A stretch of DNA of 63,873 nt, the filler included, from Psammoneis japonica (Eukaryota): the NCBI GenBank assembly GCA_008632985.1. It is 4 parts of 3 records of this genome, joined end to end, with 100 filler letters (N's around TTAATTAATTAA, not from the genome) between each part and the next. Parts side by side here need not be neighbours in the genome. Positions count along the whole stretch, not along the records: positions 10,366 to 37,359 come from QPGO01000231.1; positions 37,460 to 52,919 come from QPGO01000231.1; 2 more parts are not named here. The stretch is one strand, 5' to 3'. Position numbers and translations under genes: made by a program. The notes below the pieces were generated by a model. That model was not told the origin of the DNA. It made no database searches and was given only the letters and a program-made list of their open reading frames with translations. Shown here piece by piece: positions 35,820 through 50,000 of this stretch; the stretch's first letter is position 1, and every line of letters starts with the position of its first letter.

Positions 35820-37359
35820 GCAATGCTCTGGAACAAGACATCGCACTTGATGTGGGAGCAACAATGAACAAGACATTGTGCAGACATGAAGAATGTCACC
35901 ATCTCTTGCTGCTTCCACTCTGGTGGGGGGGGGGGGGGGTTGCCCTCTCTCCCTGACAAGCCACATCTTCCTGCTGGAGACACCAAAACATCCCACCAGG
36001 TCTGACTGTCCCTGGATGCCCACCCCCCATCATCCCTGGGCACCCCCAAGTGTCCCCAGAGTGCCAAGAACTTTCCCTGGGCACCCCCTTCCCCCCAACG
36101 AAACCAGCCATGGCAGGAGCACCAAAAAGCTGGAGCTTGTCTGCAAACTCAGACTGTCAAAGCTTGCACAGCTCTTCTCAGAAAATGCAAATGGGTTTGG
36201 ACTCCTTTTTGTGAGTGCAAAATTCATCTTGCCCCAGCAGCATCGCAGAAGACATGCACCGGCATCCGGCATCAGCACATGCCGCAAAAAACAGCAACAA
36301 AGAAGAGCTGGGAAAACAAATCACCAACGTGGGCACTTGATCATGTGAAAATGCATTTGTGCAAGATGCAGTGCACAGTCTGCTGGCCCTCACACATTTG
36401 CAATGCATTGATTCCTCAGCCAGTTGTCATCTTGACAGTCACGCCAATTGTCTCCAGCTCAATGACACCCCACCCCCCAATGATTGTCCTCCATCCAACA
36501 TTCTTGTGACCCTTGTTGCCAGTCTGTCAGACAGATTGAAAGCACGATTGTGGGGCAACACATGCTCGCAAACAATTTGCAATGTGGGCATCACTTCTTG
36601 GCAGCTTTGGCTGTGAGACATGGGCATCACTTCTTGGGAAATGCAAGAGGAGTTTTGCCAAGTGAAAATGTTCACAGAAAACTGTCATCTTTTGGTTGAT
36701 GCAAAGATGTCTGACTGGCATGATGCGCACTTTGCTTTGGAGCTTCTTTGAGGCAATGATTGTCAGCTGATGCCACTGCTGCAAAGCAAGAGAGAAGCTG
36801 TGTTGCGCCACCTTTCTTCAGCATCTTCTTGCCAGCCTTGGCATTTTTGTGCCTCAGGTGCAGACCCCATGCACATGCACTCACACTCATCCTTCCAAAC
36901 TGCCAGGCAGCATGCCAGCTCTGCAGAGTCTTGGTGTGCTGATTCTGTGTGTGTCAAGCACCCTTGGGGTGTGTGTGATGTCATTTTCTGCTCTTTCAAT
37001 CTTCTCAATGTTGGCCATCAGCTGACTGCCATTTCCAGTTGCTCAATGTTGACATGGTTGGTTCTGCTGCACTTGCACAGACAGCTTCTGCAGCTCATGA
37101 CATGCCAGCAGAGCACCCACTTGCTGCCATCATGCATTTGGTTCAAAATGTTTTTCTTCAAAACACTTGCCATTGCTCTGCACACTCCCATTGTTGCCAG
37201 GCACAGCCATGAATTGAAGGTTGTTGTGCTTCACACAGGCCTTTTGCATCTTCTCCACTGCCAACATGTCACACAGCTTTCCTTGGTTTGCTGCAAACAT
37301 GGCACCTGCTTGAAAACTCTTGCTGCAGCTCCTGCCATTGTTTGCCTTGACAATGCAGG
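35820..37359. other. TpA/CpG-depleted hypermutated relic
   Basis: Essentially no TA; 36991-37049 matches 52857-52915 (59 bp, one mismatch), so it belongs to a dispersed repeat family. Confidence 0.7.
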
Positions 37360-37459
37360 NNNNNNNNNNNNNNNNNNNNNNNNNNNNNNNNNNNNNNNNN
37401 NNNTTAATTAATTAANNNNNNNNNNNNNNNNNNNNNNNNNNNNNNNNNNNNNNNNNNNN
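37360..37459. other. Artificial contig linker
   Basis: TTAATTAATTAA at 37404-37415 between N runs. Confidence 0.95.
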
Positions 37460-38069
37460 GTGATTCGTTGACTCTCTTCTGTTTCATGCATTCAAGAGCT
37501 TCTTGTCCTTCTGAACATTTGTTGTGCATTGTTGTCTCTTTTAATTCAAGTGCAAAGAGGAATCACTTTTCTTGTTTCTTTCTCTTGAGGGGTTGTTGGT
37601 TGTTGAGTGATGCAATTTTGTTGTCACATTTTTGGAAATGTTGGCAAACCCGATCACTGGCTTGATTGTCAACCCATTCACCATTTTAAGTCTCCATGGC
37701 ATAAAATGCCATAAGCCCAGAGCCCTCAATTGTTTCATCAAACGCAGTGCTTTGCACACGTCCAACATCAACTCGACTCAGTTGAAATCCCAATTTGTGG
37801 GCGATGAAAAATCACGAATGTCAAACAAATGGCTACTTTCGACACCAACATCCCCGAGTTCAATCCAAATGTGACGGTATGCCTTACAGCTTATGACCAT
37901 GACACATACAAGCATGCTTTATTGTTGTCATCGCGTGCTCGTATTGAAAATGCCGATAGATCAAAGTTTACGAAAAGGATGGAATACAAATTCATTTGTG
38001 TATTCATTAGTGGCATTGGAATAATGACATTAAGGGCAGAAGGGATCTAAAATCCTTATTCATCATTGA

Positions 38070-38330
38070 CATTTCTGTATTGCTCAGAATTTGAATTCTG
38101 ACCACTGCCGTTAAGCATTTAGCTTTCTTTGTGTCGAAGTGTAAATGACACTTAACGATTTGCACTAATCATATAGCTGTCTCTGTGTCGAAGTGGAAAT
38201 GACACTTAACGTTTTACACTATTCATTTAGCTTACTTTGACTCGAAGTCAAATGTCGAGTTTGGGTTATGGGCTTATCGTTATTCAGCCACGATCATGAA
38301 GTCTTTGCCGAAAATCCATTTCTGGTTGCA
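38070..38330. repeat. Second copy of the putative MULE subterminal region, with about 55-bp internal repeats
   Basis: Three cat.tagct....tcgaagt units and the gggttatgggcttatcgtta block shared with 13755-13975. Confidence 0.7.
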
Positions 38331-40244
38331 TGCTGAAAAGATTATACGGCTAACGTACCGGTACAGACAGTACGAGGACTGAACGGTAATTCCCCTTTGT
38401 AGGATCTGGTACGCTTTCTAACATTTATTTCCCAAGTAGAAGCGTACGAGTTTGCCGCAGTACTTTCAGGTATAAACGATATACGGGGACATAGGAATAA
38501 CAAATGTACAAAATTTTGAAATCAGAATTTCTCCCTCCGACCTCCTCCAGCAAAACAAGAGGCCGAAGCGACAAAAAAAAAAAGATTGAGAGAAGACACA
38601 TCACATCGCACATACAGCGAACCATGGCATGGCGTCGTCAGCGGCTGTCCTGTCGAAACGCGTCAGTCTTCCCAAGTCGGGTGGAGATGCAGTTATTCTG
38701 TCGTTAAATCGTCCCGATCGTCTGTACTGTTTCAACACACAAGTTTGCGAATTGTTGTCGAGACATGTTTCCGAGTAGTTGGTTTTGGATGCAGAAAATG
38801 TGGTTGCAGTGTTTTTGACGGGAGAAGGGAGATCGTTTTGGCACGATGGTAGGAATGTCCAAGGATCGGCATCACAACGTTGCAGGGACAGCAGCAGCGA
38901 TCCATTTTTGCACAATTTGAAAACCCAGTGCAACAAAGAGAATTCGAGTCGTAACAATCGAGTATCGAGTACTCTCGGTAATAAGGGCTTGACTGTGAGC
39001 GACATTGCCAGAGAAGAAGAATTGCGGTGGTTACGTTGAAAGCAATTCAACAATGGCAACCATCCATCACGAGAGTGATCACGCGCAGCACTTGCAGAAC
39101 GTCTGCAGGAAAATGGAGGATATGTCATTCTTGACCTCGGCAAAAGCAATCAAGCAGGTGGAGAAACTGACATTACGGCGGACATGTGGTCCAGATGCTT
39201 CCACCGCAGCATTTCGTTCCTTCTGATGATCATGCCGAGAGCACGAAATCTTGGATGTGAAGGCAGATTCTTGCTCGGGAGAACCAGCAGGGTAAGAAGA
39301 AAACGTCACTTGTGGCCGTTCTGGGTGAGGACGGCACAAGGGCAGCTGAACGTTCTTTTGATCTGTTGTTGGATGTTGCGACAAGTGCGGTTCATGAAGT
39401 GTTACCTTTGTATGCAAAAATGGCAAAGACAAAACAGAGACAACGCTAGAGCAGACACCATCATAGACAGTGGGAGGGAAAACGATGATGCTTTTGGAGT
39501 TGATGACAGGCCATGGAGTTGTTCGGTCCATTGATTCTGTTAGTACCTGAGTGGTCCAAATAATAATGCATCAGAGACGCTCCGAAGCCATGCTGATTGG
39601 ACACTAGTTAAAATGGTCCCTGTGGCTGCAGTCTCGGGGCCACAAGTATGGAGGTCTTTGGACCAGGCATGGACGTGTGCAGAAGAAACTGCTCATACGG
39701 TCAACGATGATAAATCTCGGTATAGGTGTCATGCCTGGCAAGCGGCTTGAGATGCTCACGAATGGAGCGATTCCCGCAGCTGTACATCGGGTATAGTTGT
39801 TTATTCTCACAAGAATAGCTGTCCTAGAATGCGCGAGCCCTTCGTTTTACGGCTCAGGAGGCGAGTTGCTGAGGATCTTCAGAAACAGTTTGGCCGCGAA
39901 GCAAATTCCCGATCCAACCAAATGGTATCCCCGGCGGAATGCATGAATCAATATCTTTGGGAAACTTACCGCTAAACCACTATGACATTCACTGGATTCT
40001 CATACTTGGGATAGAGTGCAATCCTTCTCACGACTCTGGCTTCTGGAGTCCCTTGCAAACCCTCTAGTTGGTACTAAAGAGACTATCATTGCGCTAGTAG
40101 TAGTCATTCAAATATTTGATAAATCCTCAGAAGAGAGTATCTTTCTCTACGTATTTTTCTGCACCTTGTATGTCTCATCGCGGAAAAGGGAATGGAGTAG
40201 GTCGTCTACAAGCAATCATTCTCAAAGTAAGCGTCGACCTACGT

Positions 40245-41510
40245 CTACATCATTTGTATTCGAGCGTCTCCCTTGCTGTCCGTATCGTTGCTTCGACTGG
40301 TAGCACTACCATCAAAGGAATATCCTTCTTCTTCCGGCCCAACCTCGGTGTCATCGGCAATGACACAACTCGTATCCTTGTCTTCGTTCTGCACTATGGC
40401 CATTTCCAAGTTCTTCTCTTCATTGTTCATTTGGTTATAATCATCATTGTCGCCTTCGACAATGTATCCGCTCTCGGTGTATTAACCGAATTTCTTTACC
40501 ATGAAGCGGGCATTTCAAATCAAAAAGGGGCGACCGCCATTCCCACCAAGCTACCGTTTGCAACCAAGGATGACGCAGAGTTAGAGAAGGCGGTCGTCAC
40601 AACACTGCCCATAGCCTAAAGGTAAAAAAAATTGTAAAACATTTGAGGGATATACAGGTAGATGTGAGTACCCTTCATCATATTCGAGGCGACAAGTGTG
40701 CGACGAGCTTGCGCTTACCTTGCTTCCACGTGCACCAAAGATATCAATCCACGACTTTGGCTTGTATTTGACAGCAGGCGAGGCTGGTTGGTAGAGCATT
40801 TCCTTGGTGGGATTGTTCAAGGCGTAGGAGCAAGCCTTGGCATCATTACGGCTGCAAACACAACGTAAAGGGACCGATGAAGTCTGACAAAAACAATGAT
40901 AACCAGACAGAGCGAGGAGAACAAGAGGAGCGTCAAGCGCAATCCCAAATAACGAATGACTGCATTCGTTCCCAACATGTTCAAGAGGAAGGATAGTGTG
41001 TTGATGGCTTGCCCGAAGAGTCCCATAAGGTGGTAAAGGCGGCGGTTGCGTCTTGCGACATGACGTGGTCTCCGGTATCAGGTTTGTGGCAACTCATACC
41101 TTCAAGACAAGGATGAAGATGATCGCCAAAGTAGTCTCACGCCAACACCTTCATGGTGTAATCATCAATGGTGACTTCAACCACGAAGAGGTATGAAATG
41201 GCGAAAATGCCCTTGACGTACTGATGGTCCCAGAATAGTTTGAGTCCTTCCAAGATTCCAGCCTTTCTTTCCTTCACCTTGCTGTTCTTCGACCAAGAGT
41301 ATACAGAGGGCACCAACAAGGTAACACTTGGCAGCAACCCAAGTCGCACCGTATCGATTCACCACAGTAGGACCAATGATACTTCCGACTTGGGCCATGA
41401 CTACCATGACTCCGTAACTGGCCTTGTCTGTCTCCAACGAAAAGTTGGAGTTGGCGAAGGACCATAAGGGCGATGTCATGGATAGTTTACTTCTCAACCA
41501 CTCACCAATA
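40245..41510 (-). pseudogene. NTT: NTT / TLC-family ATP:ADP (nucleotide) transporter pseudogene, 5' truncated
   Basis: [51 protein letters not shown]; stops and frameshifts; retains a GT-AG intron at 40718-40616. Confidence 0.82.
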
Positions 41511-41529
41511 ACGATGAACTTGTTGGGCT

Positions 41530-44390
41530 CCAAGCTGTGTGCACTCAAAGTGCCTTTTGCAGAGCAGCTGTCCAGCCACACAGAACTGAGGGTGCCACAG
41601 GCTGCCCTGAAGTTGCCATCATTGACATGGACAGTTGACATTTTCCCTCTTGCAGAGGTGATTGTGGGCCAGATCTAAAGAAGAAACCAGCACATGTGGA
41701 TTGAAAGCTGTTGGATGAATTCTGCCTCTCCTTTCCTTGCTCATGTCAGAGATGATGACCAGCCCAGGCAGAGGCATCAGAGTTTGTTGAGCAACCAGGC
41801 CAAAAGAAAGGAAACCAACAATGTTGATCACAGCATGCAGCAGCAGCAATTGAAACTTGGATGTGAGCCACCCATTGGATCTTTCTCCATGTGATTGACA
41901 ATGGCATAAAAAATGGCTGTTGTTGTGCTCCACTCTGCAAGTCTTGCTTGTTTGTTTCCTTGTGAATTTGCTGCCCCCACAGCAATTGCACAATGCATGG
42001 AATGACAGCAGCATCTCCCCCACTGCAGCAATCACTCCCTCTGAACTGACCTGTCAGTGGGAGCAAGAGAACCAAGATGTGCAAGCTCCTCCATTTCTCA
42101 AGAGGACACACAAATGGTGCAGAAAACTGTTGAAGTTTTGTGCCACAATTCTGCATTGGTTTCATTGCCACACCCTTTGCATGTTTTTCTGTGCAAGCTC
42201 TAGTGCAGATGCCATCTTTGTCTGATGGTGCAATGATGGCTCTTGCCTGCCTGTCAAGACCTGTTCTTTTGTTGACATGTCTTTGTTTTGTGATCATTGG
42301 CAATCTCATGCAGTGGAAAACAACTGGCATCAAGCCCTTGTGGTCAATTGCTCAGCACTCTTTTGGGCATTTTTTGTTCTCACGTGCAAAGTTTCTGCAC
42401 AAGTTTCAGCACAAATTCTGCATGTTCTGCAAGTCATTTCAGATGGACAATGCACCAAACTGCCAATTGCTGTCTCTCTGCATCTCTCAAGTGTCAATGA
42501 CCCCCTTCTCTCCATTGTCTGTTTAAGTTTCCTGTGTCACATGATGGGTGATCTTCCGTTGTTGCTGTTTTCAGAAGTTTGAAGATGAACCAACTCAGCG
42601 CGCATTGGCCATTCTTCCTTGTGCCGACGAGCATCAACACAAGTTTCAGCACATTTTCTGTGTGTCTCAAAAGTCATTTTGGATGATTGACTTGCCAAAA
42701 CTGCCAACTGCTCTTGGTCCATGCCTCTCCGGCATCAACAACTCCTTTTTTTCATTGTCCATTTAAGTTCTCTGCTCCATGCTGTGAACAATCCTCCATT
42801 GTTGCTGCTCCCAGAAGCACAAATTTGAGCCCAGTTCAGTGTGAGCTGGTGGTCAATTTGTGCCCCATTCCTTCTCATGTTGAAACTCTTCCAGACCGCA
42901 TTGGGCATTTTCCTTTTGAAGTCTTGTTGTGCTGGCACTGTTTTTGTTGTTGTCAGCTGTTTCTGGTGGGCACCACAGCCTTGAGGCATCAATCTCGACC
43001 ACTTGTCACACGTCCCTGCTGCATCACACAATGTGCTTGGGGTGTGGGTCAGCTTGTTGCTGGAGTTGCACCAGGGCAGAAGCACAGCAGCACTTCAAAT
43101 GCAGAGTTTGGGTTTTGTTTTGTTGACATTTTGTGCCAGTGCAGCACAAGGGAAACCCTTTCTGTTGGCAACAACATGGGAGTGCTCAGGACAAGGGGAT
43201 GTGAGCAGTGCACTGACATCTGGTGTGGACAAGGCAACAGCTCACCTCTTGGGTTCTTGCTCCACACTGTCTCATGATGGTGTTTCTCCTTGTGCTTGTC
43301 TCCCAGTCATTCAACCAAGCAAACACAAGCACAAAGTGTCCTGGACTGTGCTTCTGCAACTGCAATGGCTGCATGGCTGAAATCAATGTGATGACAGGGT
43401 TTTTCCACACTGTGCTTGACTTCTGATGAGCACCACCTGCCTTGCTTGCTGCTGTCTTCTGTGGCTCTTTTTTGCTGTTGGACTCCTGGGTTTGGTCTCA
43501 AAAGTTTTGGGATTTTTCTTGGCAGCTGGGCTTGTGGCAAGCTGTCAAATTTGTTGAGTGCTTGGCTTCCTGGAAATGCAAATGCAAGCTCTGGCAATTG
43601 AAGTTGCTTGACTGTTTTGTGCTGTGCTGAAACCACAGAGTTCAGCAAGTTTTTTGTTTTGTCGCAACATGAGGTGGCAAAGTCAGACTGTTTCAGTTTG
43701 AGAGCTGGGAAAATGCCAAAAAATGTGTCAATGGCATTTTTGTTTGGTTTTTGACAGAGGGCGCCAACTGCATGCCATGATTTGTGCATGCAAAACAGCA
43801 ATTTGTGGCAACCAGCAAGGCAAGGACCCTCAGACAGACAGCAGCAGAGGCGGCAGAGCTTGCAGGCCATGGCTGGCAACAGCCTTGTCAGAGCAAAAAT
43901 GGGGGGGGGGCAAGCTCTTGGTTTGTCATTTGAATGACAACAGAGTTGTCCACACCAACCCAGACAGTCAGGTTGCAAGTTGTTGGCAGGCAAGCTGTGA
44001 GAGTGTGCAGATGCATCACATGCTGCTGCCAGGGCAAAAGGAAACTCAACGGGGTGGAAAAGAAACAATTCTCCTTTTGGAAGAGGAGGGCCATGCTGAG
44101 AGACACCAGCTGGGTTGAGCACCTCAAATCTCCAGGACATTTGGCTGGAGAAGAGTTGTCACTTTTGCTGCTTCTTGTGAGCTCAGCAGGAGAAAGCAAT
44201 TGTCTTTGTCATTGGTGCCAACTGTGGCAGGGCTGCCCTGGAACAAAGCAGCCTGGCAACAACATGGCTGCTGCCTCAGAGGCAGCAATTCAGACCTGTG
44301 GAGAGAAAAAAGGCTGTCTGGCTGCTGCATGGGTTCGTGCTTGATTGAATGAGTTTTTTGACACTCCCAGAATCAGCACAGTTTAAACAC
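41530..44390. other. TpA/CpG-depleted relic, possibly a LINE 3' part
   Basis: TA loss; 43033-43105 (gggtgtgggtcagcttgttg...gaagcacagcagcactt) resembles 22716-22790 at the end of the Ambal-like relic. Confidence 0.55.
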
Positions 44391-44923
44391 TCATTGATGA
44401 ATGCAGCATCGTCTGTTCTGATGTGTTCCACGGCGCACATGCGCGAACACAGAGTGCAAATCCATGGATTTGGGACGCCATTTCCATTCCGAAGTTATCC
44501 ACTGTAGGGCCCATTCGGTCTCGGAGGCAAACGCGTGAGCGATTCGAAATCGATGGGAGATGACATCACATGTAGATTTGACAACGGCGTGACATCCGTT
44601 GGTCGCCTGAACTTTTTTGTCATGTTGACACATGAAAAAAGTCATTTCACTGCATGATTCTCGATGCATACTTTGCACTCACCATCAGTGTCGATCAGGA
44701 AGATCGTATGAACGTAAATAGTTTTTATGTGGTCACTTAAGTCTAATTATAAACGCGTTGGTCAGATAAAATAACGGATTCACATACATGACACAACGAT
44801 GAAAAACTGATCTTCGCGCAACTCGCTCACTTTTTGCGTGAGAACGGCAGGTCGTCAAATAGTGTGGGTAAACGCACATAACGACAGCGCTGACGTGGAA
44901 GGTCATCCTTTAAGTAATTCACC

Positions 44924-44956
44924 TTATGTGCGGCATAAAATTTATGCCGCACATAA
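44924..44956. repeat. 33-bp palindrome (16-bp arms, 1-nt centre)
   Basis: ttatgtgcggcataaa-a-tttatgccgcacataa; an extra half-site tgccgcacata near 44979. Confidence 0.9.
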
Positions 44957-45762
44957 ATCATAGGACATTTACAGGTTGTGCCGCACATAGAGGCGAATTT
45001 GTCACTTGCAAAGAAGGGCAATTTTAAAAGTCATCACACATTGCCCCTTTCTCATTTTAAAATCAAGTTAGTCAAACACAGCTTTAAACCGCCATGGTGA
45101 AGCGCGCACGGAATGACGATCTTGTGGCACAAATGTCACCAGTCTAACGCAAGTAACCAGGGCAGTGAACACAGAAAATGTGAAGTGAAGGCATTCTGAG
45201 CACAAAGAATTGCCGTTGTCAGCTGTTGCTTGCCCCACTGTCTCAGCTTGTCTCCTCGCCCACCCCAAGCAGCTTGTCTTGCTTCTTGCCCACTTCCTTC
45301 CTGCCACCATGCTGCGCACATTGATCAAAGCATTCTGATTTTCAACTCTGCCACAAAGTGCTCTAAGTTGGCAATGCAAGAGACCAAGGTCTTGCAGATG
45401 GGAGCTGGCCAGCACCGCTGCTGCTCTTCTTGGTGCCTTGCAAGGGCAGCGGCCGCGCATGACGATGTGCGCTGTTGAGCCGCCGCCTGGCACCAAAGCT
45501 GCAAGGCTGCACAAAGTTGGCTTCTCGCTTCTCTGTGTGTGGCTTCTTGACCATGCTCATGCCATCCTCACAAAAGCAAGCCTTTGTTTTCTCTCCCTGC
45601 TTCTGATGCTGCCTGCCTTGTGCTCCACGGCACACACAGGAGATCATTCTTTCTGGCCACCTCAGAGGATGCTGCTTGCCTGCTGTGAACTTCTGCTCTT
45701 TTCATCTTTTCTTTTTTTTGTTGCTCTGGCTGCTTGCTGTTGCTCCAACACACAGAGCTAAT

Positions 45763-45764
<2 letters not shown>

Positions 45765-45806
<42 letters not shown>
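45765..45806. repeat. (CTG)14 microsatellite
   Basis: Directly visible. Confidence 0.97.
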
Positions 45807-45812
<6 letters not shown>

Positions 45813-46129
45813 TCATGATCTTGGCGCCTCTCCGCGCAAAGCGTTGTGCTGGGAGCTCTGTGCCAAAGCTGCGAATCATGCTTGCACTCTCTCAATGGCA
45901 TCTTTGGCAAACTTCAGTGCTTTCTTGTGCTTGGAGATTCAGCGACAAGCGCTGAAGCAGTTTTTTGTGAGGCAGCTCTCAACAACAACTGGGCCACACC
46001 CCAAAGTGGGGCTGAAAGAAACACTTTGCAGGGCGCTGCTTGGTCATGGAAAACACATGCTTGGCTGGGCTGCTGGGGTGGCAATGAGCTCTTGCTGAGT
46101 TGCACTGCAGAGCATCTCAACTTCTTGCT

Positions 46130-46945
46130 TTTGGCACCCAAAACAGCCTCACAATTTTCCCTTTTGGCATCTTGTTCATCCCTTCTGCCTGTTTCTTCAA
46201 AAGACACAGGGGGGCTCTCTGTGGGAGCTCGTGCACAGTGCCACCCTTGCTTCTTTTGCTCTGCCTCTTGCAGCCATCAATCAGCACAGCAGCTGGACAC
46301 ACTGCTTCTGCACAAACTTCTTTTGTCTGCATGCCACACTTTGCCCCACAAGTTGTTCCTTGTCCTTGAGCGCAGCTGGCCTTTGGCGATGGTGTCGTGC
46401 TTGTTGTGAAAAATCATCAGCTTGCCCCACTTTAAAATCCAAGTTGCTTTTCTGTGCTGCTTGGTGCCTTGCAGGTGACTGCATGCCTTCTTGAGCCACC
46501 ACCCTGGTCAAGGCTGTGCCAAGTTAACTTGCTTCTTTTTGTCTGTGTGCGTGGCTTCTTGACTTCGCTCATGGCGTGTCATCGACTGTGCGCTGAAACA
46601 GTTCTTTGTGAGGCAGATCTCAGCATCACCAAAGCAGTCTCACAATTTTCCCCTTCTGGTGTTTTCTTTGCCTCTTCCGCCAGGTTCTTCAAGGCAAAGC
46701 ACACACCACCAGTCTCCTCTCTGTGCGCGGCTCTTGTGCCCCCCCCCCTCTGGCTTCTTCTTCTTGCTCTGTGCCTCTTGCAGCCACTGGTGAAGTGGCC
46801 AGACACTCTGTTTCTGCACAAGCTCCTTGTCTGCATGTTGCACTTTGTCTCATGTGTTGTTCCTTGTCCTTGCATGCAGCTGCCTCGCCTTTGGTGATGG
46901 GTGTTTTTGTGCAGTTGTCAGGTCTCCCCACTTTAACATCCGGGT
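46130..46945. repeat. Degenerate direct duplication (about 490-bp period) within a mutated relic
   Basis: ctcacaattttccc...tgcctcttgcagcca...ttctgcacaa...ttgttccttgtccttg occurs twice. Confidence 0.7.
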
Positions 46946-47089
46946 TGCTTTTGCGAGCCGACTCTCGCTTCGCTGGAGTCGAGTCAATCAAAACCTTCTG
47001 CCCACACCAGGTAAAAAATGCCGTGAGAACCACACAACTCGTTTGAAAGAGTTCCCTGTCGTTGACGAACCACCAAGCCATCAACCATG

Positions 47090-50000
47090 GCAGCCCATGT
47101 CACAGCCATGCATGCAGCATGCCGCAGACTTGGCTTCACGAACGAAGCATCAGCAGCTCCCACTGCTGACCAGGGAGTCGACACTGTCAAAGGAACTGTG
47201 TCGTCTTGATGATCAGGAGGTCGAGACCTTGTGCAAGGTTGTGCATTGCCCAGGAGGTGCAGCAGGCAGCAGAGTGAGTCCACAACCCAACCTGGGGACT
47301 GCTGCATCACTGCAGGCTGAGATGAACCTCAAGCTTGCGGCTTTTGCTGCTCGTCACCACTGTGAGTGCATCTCATGCACGTTGCGTGTGCTGCCGACAT
47401 CACCCTCGACCATGTCAGGGGGTGCCGCCACCTTTGTGCAGCAGATCAGCCCATGAGAACCCTGACACCCCACCTGCTGTCATCAAGAAGGCTGGCTGAA
47501 GATGATGGAAGCCATCCACAAGCATCTTCGTGCCAGTTGCGGGAAGACCAAAATGCCCCCAGCCTGCATGGTCCAAGAGAACCAGGCGGTTGCACCGGAG
47601 GCAGATGACAACACCAACAGCTGCGCCAATGCCTGTGCCAAGATGATTGTCCATGCCCCCCACTTCGCTGCTGGGGCTGGCCTGCAACCCACCAAAACAT
47701 TTGCCACGCTGATGACGCCAAGGTTTGGGAGATTGTTGCTGCAATCACGTGTTCTTGCTGGTCACATGTGAAAAAGGCTCAACACAATCAGGATGGCAAG
47801 ACAGCCTGCCTGAACTTGTGCAACCACTTCTTGGGCCCAAATGACACAGACAACATGGCATTGAGGGCCTCAAGGAGTGTGGCCATGCCAGGATTGATGA
47901 ACGCTCCAAGGTGCACCACCTTCTGTAGAGCGTCAAGGATGTGTCCCTTGACTCTGTCAAAGCACAGGTTGTGGCCAGCATGATGCTGCGCAGTGACTTT
48001 GATGGGTGTGTTGTCTCATGTGAAGACTTCATCAAGCAGTTCAAGCTGGATGGCAAAACTAAGAAGCTTTGTGTTGCCACCTTGAAGGAGGCAAAGCGCC
48101 AATGAGATGACATCATTCATGAGAAAGATGTCAAGGACAAGTGCTGCCCTGACAAGGAGTGCAAGCAAATGTCCCCAAAAGCACGGAAGAAACCAGAGTT
48201 CCTGCACAATGCTTGTGGTGGCCAAGGTGCAATGTCTGTCACCAAAAACGCAAAGCAGATCAAGGCCCTCACCAGCGCGGTTGCAGCCATTGCTGCTCAT
48301 GTTGAGGACCAGCAGGACTGTGCTGCTGGTGAGTCCAAAGAAACCAAAAAGTGGGCTGCTGTCAAGCAGAAGCACAACCACTCTAACTTCCAGTCACTGA
48401 AGAACACAATGGCCAACAACTGGCATGACAAGAATGGCAACCTCAAACCCGGCAGGAAGGAGAAGGAATGATCCTCTCTGGCCCTTTGTCTCAGTCTGCT
48501 TCGAACCCTGCGCGCAACCCAAACAACCATGTGAGAAGCCATGCACGCTGAAGCTTGCGCCAAGTTGGACAGTCATGCAGATGCAAATGCACTGGGCAAG
48601 CATGCTTTAATTGTGCTTGACCATGATTGTCCAGCAGATGTCACAGGTTGCAACCCCAAAAAAGGGTGCCAGCAAGAGTCTGTGCACTGTCAGCGGAGCC
48701 GTCACATGTGCAGACCTCACCTCGGGCCACCAACATGTCCTGGCAGTCCACCAGGCAACACATGTCCTGCACCTCAAACACAACCTTTTGTGTCCCATGA
48801 AGCTGTGGCTGAATGAAGTGGAAGTCAATTTGCAACCAAAATTCCTGCTGACAAAGCCTGACAGTGAGTCACATGCAGTGACGTTGACAGATGCAAACAA
48901 GGATGAGCTCCTGATTCTGTTGGAGGCAAATGATGTCACGAGTTGCTTTCCCACCTCCAAACCCACTGCTTCTGAGCATGAAGCCACCGTGCAAGATGGC
49001 ACAGCAGCAGAACTTGCTTGCGAGTCCCCGGAATGGGACCCACAAAAACTGCCAACTTTCAAACCAGAGAGGATTCCATGACAGACTCTCTTGGTCATGT
49101 GCCTGAGACTGTGGACAATGCACATCCTCAGATCCACATCATGAGCATGAAGCTCTCATGCACCATGGTGCAAGAGACCTCAGACTGTCTGGGAAATCAG
49201 CCACTTTGAGACATCTTGCATGCATGTGATGACCACATGCTGCTTGCCTCGATTGGTCTCTCTTCACTCAAGATGACAAAGTGGGGACTGCATGTTGACA
49301 CAGAACATTTGGTCAAGAACTGATCTGTCAGTGTCAAGGATGCTGAGAACACTGTCAAAGTCACAATGCAGCATGGTGCATGAATGGTCCTCCATTTGAT
49401 GCTGTCTTGGAGGTTTTGGACCAACAACCAACAGTTGCAACACAGGCACATTGCAAAGGAGATGCACTCCAATGCCTTGGTTTCCTTGACTGAGTTGAGA
49501 AGGAGCAACACCTGTGCGCAAGTCTTTGGCATCATGTCCAATGGTTGGGCATGGGCTTGTTCCCTCAGATCTAAAGGACCAGCACACAAAGCACCGCCGT
49601 CCTTGCTCTTTGCACAAGATGGGGTGCCCCACACAATGATTGTGGACAGAGCAAAAGACCAGGTGTTGGGTCAGTTCAGCAAGAAGGCCAGGGAGGCTGA
49701 CTGCCATGTCAAGCAGACTAAACCCTGTGCTCCATGGTCAAACTTCACTGAGGGCACTGTTCGTGAACTCAAGCGGGGGAGTGGGACGCAAGATGGTGAA
49801 GACTTGAGCCCCAAAATGTCTTTGTGACAATTGTCTTGAGCTTGAAGCTCTTGTCTGATCAAACACAGACCACAACATTTGTGAGTTAGACAGAGAGGTT
49901 CCAGAAACCGCAGTGTCCAGACAGACAGCCAACATTTCGCACACATGCGAGTGTGGCTGGTGCGACTGGGTCATGTTTGGGGACACGGCAGTCTCATTCC

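Noticed and set aside
38400..40000. Short ORFs between the MULE-like end and the NTT pseudogene
   Set aside because: No recognisable motifs or consistent frame.
45765..45806. (CTG)14 as a poly-Ala/Cys/Gln coding tract or a converted (CTA)n
   Set aside because: Lies in a decayed region; its origin cannot be determined from this sequence.
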